NCBI GenBank assembly: GCA_964016885.1
Contig: OZ024741.1
Coordinates: forward strand, 232,686,001-232,750,000
Direction of reading: 5' to 3'
DNA from: Eledone cirrhosa
Taxonomy: Eukaryota
DNA length: 64,000 nt
The first letter of the stretch is position 1; each line of letters starts with the position of its first letter. The notes beneath the pieces are model-generated. The model saw only the letters and a list, made by a program, of their open reading frames with translations, ran no database searches and was not told where the DNA came from. Below are positions 1 to 64,000 of this stretch, in pieces. The position numbers and the translations under genes were made by a program.

Positions 1-115
<115 letters not shown>

Positions 116-605
116 ACCACGCATATCTTTACTATCTCTAATCCTTCTATATATTTAGAAAAATAACCAATAATATATTCTATAAAAATGTCAAAACAAC
201 AGATGGGAATCTAATTACTCACTGCCACCAAAAATTCTCGCTGCTATCAAAAAACCACTCCCTCAACTATTCTTCTAACAACTTCAGCCCTCCCTCCCAA
301 TATTCTCTATAAAAACTAAACAGGTCCTCAGTAATATTATTCTGATGAAATGACAGTAAATAATAACATTGAAATATTGAATGTCTGCATAACTAATTAC
401 TTTGTAGATAGCAGCTGTTTTCAGGTTATGTAACTGTTATAGAAACACGTGTCAATAAATTCCTTTCAGCTAAACTGTATCCATTCAAATCTTTCTATTT
501 TTCTCCGGATTACTTTTGGAACTACAACTGGAACCGTCGAGCAAACTGTACGTGAGCTGTCAATCTACTGTGTGTAATATTTATATTACAACACAACGGA
601 AAATA

Positions 606-712
<107 letters not shown>

Positions 713-748
713 CATATATATATATAAATATAAATATATATATGTGTG

Positions 749-779
<31 letters not shown>

Positions 780-780
780 T

Positions 781-818
<38 letters not shown>

Positions 819-831
819 TTCTCTCTCACAG

Positions 832-941
832 CAAACCAAGACTATTATTTGATGACTAAAAGCCATGCAGTGGGTCCTATGCGAGATCTCAACTACATAG
901 ACATACCTGTGTGCATATGTAGGATTACAGAATACATTAAT
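832..941 (+). CDS. Possible juxtamembrane exon of the RPTP gene (3' boundary unresolved)
   Basis: Good acceptor ctctctcacag|CA at 831/832; open frame [36 protein letters not shown] resembles the IPV..EY segment before D1. The only phase-0 donor I found (AAT|gtagcg) is weak and the frame hits TGA at 978-980. Confidence 0.35.
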
Positions 942-1700
942 GTAGCGTGTCACCCTGATAGTGAAAACAAGTTATTGTGAATGGTTTTTGAACAGATTAC
1001 AAAATATCTCTCGGCGATCACAATGACAACTTTAAGCTGATTGTAGTCTTCACCTATATATATCTATTGATTTTGTTTTTAGAAAAGCATGAACGTTACA
1101 CTATCATATGCAAATTGCTTTCAAATCTAAGCATCACACCAATATAGGGTAAAGATTTTCAGGTTAACAAGTAAGGCAAACAGCCGTCACAAGTTAAAGC
1201 ATAGCATTAATCGGGAGTACCTACCCCTGAATGCACTATTAATGTATATTTCACTTTCAGTTGTTGATACGAGAAGAACTGAGACAAGAATACTTGTTGA
1301 ACTAATAATAGTTACATCACAGCAAGCCGAAATAAAACACTGCAATTCCTTCCAAGCAAAGCCAGTAAATTGTTAAAACATCTCAAAAATTTCATTGAAA
1401 CCAATATTTGTATATGCTGTACATAATTATTCAGATGAGTGTCCTTAATTTATTTGTTATCATCACAGCCTTTGCAGCCTTATTCCGATTAGAAGCATTT
1501 TAGTTTATAATAATTGTTCTTCCTCAATTCAGAATCCAGACAAAATTTAACGTACAACTGTCCTAAAATCCAATACAAGTTGATAAACCTTCCTTTACAT
1601 TGCCAAAAAGGCATAACTTCACAAATCAAGTATTCTATATAACTGGTGCTCAATTCCATGCTAAACCATTCCTGCATTTAAAATATTGATTATTTTGCAG

Positions 1701-56807
<55,107 letters not shown>

Positions 56808-57073
56808 TAAATGTTAGGATTAAACTTTTTATGAATCCTCAATGTTTCTTCTACCCTGCTGTAATTCTAAACGTTTGTAGAATCTATCTATATGTCATAA
56901 ATATTAAATATCTTTCCTCATATAGAAATTGTTACTTATGACACTGCATGAATATAGTACAGCTTTGTGGATTTAAAATCAGTTACTGCCTTCTTGTCAC
57001 TCACTGTAAACTATCAGTGCTCACTGAAAGTAAATGTGGAATCATATCTTTAATAAGATACAACATTCTTATT

Positions 57074-57079
57074 AATAAA
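57074..57079 (+). terminator. Candidate polyadenylation signal of the RPTP gene
   Basis: AATAAA about 270 nt after the stop, followed by T-rich sequence; another AATAAA overlaps the stop at 56806-56811. Confidence 0.45.
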
Positions 57080-57159
57080 ATATTTTTATAAAATTTTTTA
57101 AAGCCTATTTTTATATATATTCACATACTCACGTGTATATTATACACACACACACATAC

Positions 57160-58224
<1,065 letters not shown>

Positions 58225-58367
58225 ATACTTTGGGAGCGTCATGTTGCCAATAAGAAACACGCACCAGTTGCTTTCACTTCAATTTATTATAGTAAATTTA
58301 TAATAAATTTATAAATTTATTAATTTCTGGTTGGTTGGTTCCACAACCAGATAGTTGTTTATATATT

Positions 58368-58410
58368 GTCATAGTTATTTCGTCACACACTCTGTGACCT
58401 CTTCAGTGAC
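58368..58410 (-). ncRNA. Minimal hammerhead ribozyme (left Penelope arm)
   Basis: Reverse complement of 61632-61674. Confidence 0.65.
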
Positions 58411-58611
58411 TGGGGATTCCTTTCTTTGTTTCTGTGCCTCTCCTTTGTTCTGTCCTACGCCATTTTGTTTCTTTGTGTGTGTTGTATGCTCAGTCTGCGC
58501 ATGCGCCACATCCGGGTGTCTGTGTGTGTTTATGTTCATTTATTTATTTGTTTATTTACATGTTACTGGTTGGTTGTTTGTTCTATGTGTGTGTGTGTTT
58601 TCATTTTGTCC

Positions 58612-59502
58612 TTAATTGTAAGTTGTGATGTTGCTGTTCCACTCATGTTTTCTATTTAATTTTGGTTGTAATTCTTTTATGTTTATTGCCTCTGTAATTT
58701 GTCTAAACATTGCATCTTTTCTGTGTGTAGATTCTATTTTTATTTCAATGTTCTCTAATTTACCCTTGTGTTCTATTTTAGCACGTTGGTAAAGTACAGA
58801 TGATTCTTTACTATCTTGAAGGTCTCGCCAGTGTTCATTTATCAGTTCCCCTACACTACGAGCTGTCTCACCTATGTACACTATATTTTTGTCTCTACAT
58901 TGTCCTTCGGTACATCTTATGCTATACACTACATTTCTAGTTTTACAGTTAATATGGGGGCTTATTTTACAGGTTATACGTTTCTCATCTATACATGAGG
59001 GTCTTTGAAAAGGGTATCTCTTGCTAATGAGTGTTTTGACGGAGGTACCTGGTCTTTCTACTATCTTAATATTGAGTTTATGTTTATTTAGGGCCCTTCT
59101 AAATTTGTAAGCTAATTCACCTTTAGGGGTTGTATCGATGAACATTACACTCTGGTATTTATTGCTATCATACCATGAGTTTATTCTATTAGCCTTGTTC
59201 CTAGTTCTTTCTATTCTATTCCAAAATTTGCTCCTATACAAGGGGCAGGTCCCATTTATGTCATTATTTACCATTTTTTCCCATTTGTTTCTGGCTCCTC
59301 TATACACTCTGATTTTATCTCTCTGATTGTAGCCAGAGAACTGCATACGGTGGATGAAGTGTTGTATGTGTCTCTCTAGTTCTTCGGGGTTGCACATACG
59401 GGACACGTTTCTCATCACCCGTACCAAATCCGCAATCAGTATGTTGATTTTGGTATGGTCCGGAACGGCCGAGTTTCGGTGGATCAGATGTTTGGAAGTC
59501 AT
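58612..59502 (-). CDS. Penelope RT thumb plus GIY-YIG endonuclease (left copy)
   Basis: CKTRNVVYSIRC...YIGETARSVGELINEH...EAINI..P.LN. Confidence 0.9.
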   Translation of the reverse strand: MTSKHLIHRNSAVPDHTKINILIADLVRVMRNVSRMCNPEELERHIQHFIHRMQFSGYNQRDKIRVYRGARNKWEKMVNNDINGTCPLYRSKFWNRIERTRNKANRINSWYDSNKYQSVMFIDTTPKGELAYKFRRALNKHKLNIKIVERPGTSVKTLISKRYPFQRPSCIDEKRITCKISPHINCKTRNVVYSIRCTEGQCRDKNIVYIGETARSVGELINEHWRDLQDSKESSVLYQRAKIEHKGKLENIEIKIESTHRKDAMFRQITEAINIKELQPKLNRKHEWNSNITTYN

Positions 59503-60364
59503 GGGTTTGGCATAATGGGAATGGAGGATTTGTTTTTTTATTATTAATGGTATCTAACCAGAGCTCTCTGTCTAGTACAGGTAATCGATGGTTGGGGTGT
59601 TTACTTGGGTAGTCTATAGTAACTCTAATGCTCTGGTGGATGGAGTTAGCTATTTGCTGGATGCTTTCCATTGTGTTTTTCTCTAGTTCCTGACTGTTCT
59701 CTAGTGGCGGTGTCTTAACTACGATGTTTATATCATCAACGTAGCGGGAGTACATTATCAGGGTTAAGGGGTCTTCTAATTGTTCTTTAAGTTTAAGTTT
59801 GAGTCTACTGTCCCACCATACCATGAATAAGTTAGCTATGTCGCCTGCAATGCTAACACCAATGGCTGCTCCTTCCTCTTGGGCATATGTTTTTCCATTA
59901 AATTTGAACATATGTTCCTTAAGGGTTAGTTTTATGCTGGCCCCTACCGCATGTGCAATCATTTTCTTCAGTTCATCGTGGTTTTCGGGTGTCCGTATGG
60001 CTCTGGTCCACCCGTTCCATCTATCTGTGTGGGTTTTATTGACCATTGAGGTAATGGTAGGTGGTCTGCCTCTTGCTGGTCTTGTAGGGCACAGGTTGCT
60101 AAGGTCATATGTGTCTAGGTAATTATTACTATAGGTAAGTTTAAGTAGAAGTCCAAGCTCACTGGTATCAATCCCATGGAACTCAACATTGCTCTCACTG
60201 ATCATTTCTACGCATTTCTCCACAGCAAAATACACGTCAATAGATGGATACAGGGACACAACATCCATACTACCTATTATGCAGTTTGTTAGGTCCCTAG
60301 ATCGGTTACTCACGCCGATTCTGCTGAGGAGGTCCTCCGTGCTGTCACATACATCTGGGGACAT
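59315..60364 (-). CDS. Penelope reverse transcriptase (5'-truncated; frameshift near 59530)
   Basis: DVVSLYPS and RYVDD motifs; frame shifts at an A run before HYAKPMTS. Confidence 0.9.
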   Translation of the reverse strand: MSPDVCDSTEDLLSRIGVSNRSRDLTNCIIGSMDVVSLYPSIDVYFAVEKCVEMISESNVEFHGIDTSELGLLLKLTYSNNYLDTYDLSNLCPTRPARGRPPTITSMVNKTHTDRWNGWTRAIRTPENHDELKKMIAHAVGASIKLTLKEHMFKFNGKTYAQEEGAAIGVSIAGDIANLFMVWWDSRLKLKLKEQLEDPLTLIMYSRYVDDINIVVKTPPLENSQELEKNTMESIQQIANSIHQSIRVTIDYPSKHPNHRLPVLDRELWLDTINNKKTNPPFPLCQTHDFQTSDPPKLGRSGPYQNQHTDCGFGTGDEKRVPYVQPRRTRETHTTLHPPYAVLWLQSER

Positions 60365-60539
60365 TTCAATGATGGGGCGTATGATCAGGGAGAGGAAGTA
60401 GGACAGTCTGTAGTTACTAGCAATATTAGCTCCACAGACTGGCCGTGTTGGTGGTCCTGCGACAGGGTCACTGCCCGTTTTATGGTCTTTTCGAAGCCCA
60501 TACCACTAGAGAACAGTCAGGAACTAGACTTCCAAACCC

Positions 60540-61430
60540 ATGACTTCCAAACATCTGATCCACCGAAACTCGGCCGTTCCGGACCATACCAAAATCAACA
60601 TACTGATTGCGGATTTGGTACGGGTGATGAGAAACGTGTCCCACATGTGCAACCCCGAAGAACTAGAGAGACACATACAACACTTCATCCACCGTATGCA
60701 GTTCTCTGGCTACAATCAGAGAGATAAAATCAGAGTGTATAGAGGAGCCAGAACCAAATGGGAAAAAATGGTAAATAATGACATAAATGGGACCTGCCCC
60801 TTGTATAGGAGCAAATTTTGGAATAGAATAGAAAGAACTAGGAACAAGGCTAATAGAATAAACTCATGGTATGATAGCAATAAATACCTGAGTGTAATGT
60901 TCATCGATACAACCCCTAGAGGTGAATTAGCTTACAAATTTAGAAGGGCCCTAAATAAACATAAACTCAATATTAAGATAGTAGAAAGACCAGGTATCTC
61001 CGTAAAAACACTCATTAGCAAGACATACCCTTTTAAAAGACCCTCATGTATAGATAAGAAATGTATAACCTGTAAAATAAGCCCCCATATTAACTGTAAA
61101 ACTAGAAATGTAGTGTATAGCATAAGATGTACCGAAGGACAATGTAGAGACAAACATATAGTGTACATAGGTGAGACAGCTCGTAGTGTAGGGGAACGGA
61201 TAAATGAACACTGGGGAGACCTTCAAGATAGTAAAGAATCATCTGTACTCTACCAACATGCTAAAATAGAATACAAGGGTAAATTAGAGAACATTGAAAT
61301 AAAAATAGAATCTACACACAGAAAAGATGCAATGTTTAGACAAATTACAGAGGCAATAAACATAAAAGAATTACAACCAAAATTAAATAGAAAACATGAG
61401 TGGAACAGCAACATCACAACTTACAATTAA
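60540..61430 (+). CDS. Penelope RT thumb plus GIY-YIG endonuclease (right copy)
   Basis: Same 296-aa frame; retains CITC, YIGETARSVGERINEH and LYQH. Confidence 0.9.
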   Translation: MTSKHLIHRNSAVPDHTKINILIADLVRVMRNVSHMCNPEELERHIQHFIHRMQFSGYNQRDKIRVYRGARTKWEKMVNNDINGTCPLYRSKFWNRIERTRNKANRINSWYDSNKYLSVMFIDTTPRGELAYKFRRALNKHKLNIKIVERPGISVKTLISKTYPFKRPSCIDKKCITCKISPHINCKTRNVVYSIRCTEGQCRDKHIVYIGETARSVGERINEHWGDLQDSKESSVLYQHAKIEYKGKLENIEIKIESTHRKDAMFRQITEAINIKELQPKLNRKHEWNSNITTYN

Positions 61431-61631
61431 GGACAAAATGAAAACACACACACACATAGAACAAACAACCAACCAGTAACATGTAAATAAACAAATAAAT
61501 AAATGAACATAAACACACACAGACACCCGGATGTGGCGCATGCGCAGACTGAGCATACAACACACACAAAGAAACAAAATGGCGTAGGACAGAACAAAGG
61601 AGAGGCACAGAAACAAAGAAAGGAATCCCCA

Positions 61632-61674
61632 GTCACTGAAGAGGTCACAGAGTGTGTGACGAAATAACTATGAC
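61632..61674 (+). ncRNA. Minimal hammerhead ribozyme (right Penelope arm)
   Basis: gtca-CTGAAGA-g-gtcaca gagtg tgtgac-GAAA-taac-TA-tgac. Confidence 0.65.
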
Positions 61675-61905
61675 AATATATAAACAACTATCTGGTTGTG
61701 GAACCAACCAACCAGAAATTAATAAATTTATAAATTTATTATAAATTTATTATAATAAATTGAAGTGAAAGCAACTGGTGCGTGTGTTTCTTATTGGCAA
61801 CATGACCCTCCCAAAGTATAACAATATCGGTTTCAACACACGATTTCAGATAAAGAATCTTGCTAAACAAATTCAGAAACGATATATATATATATATATA
61901 TATGC

Positions 61906-62240
61906 AAAATAACATACTGAGTTACTAACTCATATTGATACCCTGCAATTAACAAGCTCAAAGTATAAATACTGAGCATTATATAATAATTGTTTCTACT
62001 TTTGGCACAAGGCCAGCAAATACCCAGTGCATTACTGGTACTTTATTTTATCGACCCCGTAAGGATGAAATGCAAAGTCAACCTCGGCGGGATTTGTACT
62101 CGGATCGTAAAGGGACGTAACTATGCTGGAAAGCATGGCGTCCGACTCTCTACCGATACTGCCAATCCTGCTCACTATTTATACTTTGAGCTTGTAAATT
62201 GCAGGGTATCAATATGAGTTAGTAACTCTGTATCTTATTT
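61906..62240. mobile_element. About 70-bp inverted repeat pair with a SINE (61984-62168) at its centre
   Basis: gagttactaactcatattgataccctgcaatt...tgagca is mirrored by tgctca...aattgcagggtatcaatatgagttagtaactc. Confidence 0.85.
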
Positions 62241-62610
62241 GTATTTTGGCTCCCTAACTAGTTGAGCTTATAACTTGGGTGTATTAAGGCTGTTATTTCT
62301 AGCATATCTACTCACACCACTTCTAACGTCCAAGGCACGAGGTGAGATATTCATTCGTGTTGATTGTAGTTACATGTGTTTGTTCCATTTAATCTTATCT
62401 CTCGCTGAGGAAATCCTACGGATTATCTGTTACAAACACAATTTTCAGGGCGAAACAGATTAAATCTCTAATCTGTCCGAGAGATGAAATAGTTATTGAG
62501 ACGGTCTGTATATACATATATTATATATTTTACGTTTGCTTCAGGTTAAATCTATCAAACCAATGTGGTATTTCAACCCTCGTTATTTTAGACACTCAAT
62601 TTATTACTGT

Positions 62611-62674
<64 letters not shown>

Positions 62675-63015
62675 TTCGTTTTTAACTCATATTAACTCTT
62701 TTTAATTTTTTACACTCAACATTTGATAAGATGGATTTTAATAACACATAGAAACCGGTAATAATTCTTCATATACTTTATATACATCATAAACAATTAT
62801 ATACACTATAAGAAATTTTATAAAAAGAATGGATCCTCTCATTTTTTTAATAATGTTATCTTTTCAATGTCACTTTGACGAATCAAAAAAGAAAAACTGA
62901 CCCTTAAATATATTTTCCATACTATTTCCAACTTCACCTTTTCTCTCTGTCTATATATATTTATTTTCCAATTCCAACCCACCCGAACCCTCAATATATC
63001 TTATTTCTCATTCTT

Positions 63016-63051
63016 TCTTCTGATGAAGAATTAACGTTCGAAACGTTAAGA
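63016..63051 (+). ncRNA. Minimal type I hammerhead ribozyme
   Basis: tctt-CTGATGA-a-gaa ttaacg ttc-GAAA-cg-TT-aaga; palindromic AACGTT stem III. Confidence 0.65.
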
Positions 63052-63152
63052 CCCTATTCCTGCTATATCTAGCGTTAAACTAATATATGCCTTCCATATA
63101 CTGTACCGTTTATGTTGGTATTTCTGTGTACCTTTTACATATATATATACTC

Positions 63153-63236
<84 letters not shown>

Positions 63237-63514
63237 ATATATATATATTCACACAAATATATATATATATATATATATATATGCTCCCTGTTCACCTTCC
63301 AAACTCTCAGAGCTTGTGAGAATATATGCTACTTTCAAAAATACACAGTGACTGATCGGTTGATTTGCATATTAGCAGACTGGCTAATCAGTCAGATCTG
63401 CATATTAGCAGATCCACTGATCAGTCAGATTTGCATATCAGCAGACTGGCCAGTCAGTTTCCTGTATACGAGCGATAAATGGCTGGCTTTGCCAAATTCA
63501 AATAAAAAAAGAAA

Positions 63515-63814
63515 ATGTCGCTCTACATGGCTGAAAACAATAAATGTAATCTGAGTTGTTCGTATATTAATAATAACAATAGCTCTGAAAGTTTGCCAGG
63601 TGAACAGTCAGCTGTACTGGTGAAGGGTGATACCCAAAAACATTAGTGTCTGCAGTTCTATTCGCATACCAACACAAGAGCAAGAATGAAGTGTTCATTC
63701 TACCAACATGGCTATAAAATTGAGGCTTGCTTTCATAATTGCAAACGAATCGAATGTTATTATTAATATTCGAAAACCTCAGATTACATTTATTGTATTC
63801 AGCCATGTAGAGCG

Positions 63815-63816
<2 letters not shown>
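63515..63816. repeat. Inverted repeat (about 60-bp arms) around a spacer with a decayed hammerhead-like core
   Basis: tcgctctacatggctgaa...aataataaca is mirrored at 63755-63816; spacer has CTGGTGA-a-ggg tgata ccc-AAAA. Confidence 0.75.
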
Positions 63817-63887
<71 letters not shown>

Positions 63888-64000
63888 ATAATATTGCCAG
63901 AAATAAGAACAGAACACACTCACTGGTTGGTTTCGATTGCTTTTCGCTTCTGTATCTTTTATATCTCAATAGTTAATTTTTCTGGCAATCAATGTTTATC

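Overview
AT-rich, microsatellite-dense animal genomic DNA. The SINE families suggest an octopus or other coleoid cephalopod (inference from recognised repeat sequences). The window holds the 3' (cytoplasmic) part of one plus-strand, tandem-domain (D1+D2) receptor-type protein tyrosine phosphatase gene. I reconstructed 14 phase-compatible GT-AG exons from 1701 to the stop at 56807, plus one unresolved upstream exon. D1 keeps CX5R and WPD but has lost the KNRY pTyr-recognition motif and reads QCSVGAGRSG. D2 has lost the catalytic Cys and Arg. Introns and the 3' flank are packed with retroelements: three Tx1/L1-clade LINEs all sitting in (GATA)n, an RTE-derived family sitting in (ATGT)n, a Ty3/Gypsy fragment with Trp PBS and -1 slippery site, CRE- and R4/Dong-like RLE LINE relics, RTE fragments, tRNA-derived SINEs, Helentron-like elements, and at least three Penelope-like elements, one forming a 3.6 kb inverted structure. 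Many minimal hammerhead ribozyme motifs and long palindromes are scattered through the window, mostly bounded by (TA)n. All calls are from manual reading; no searches were run, and repeat boundaries are approximate.
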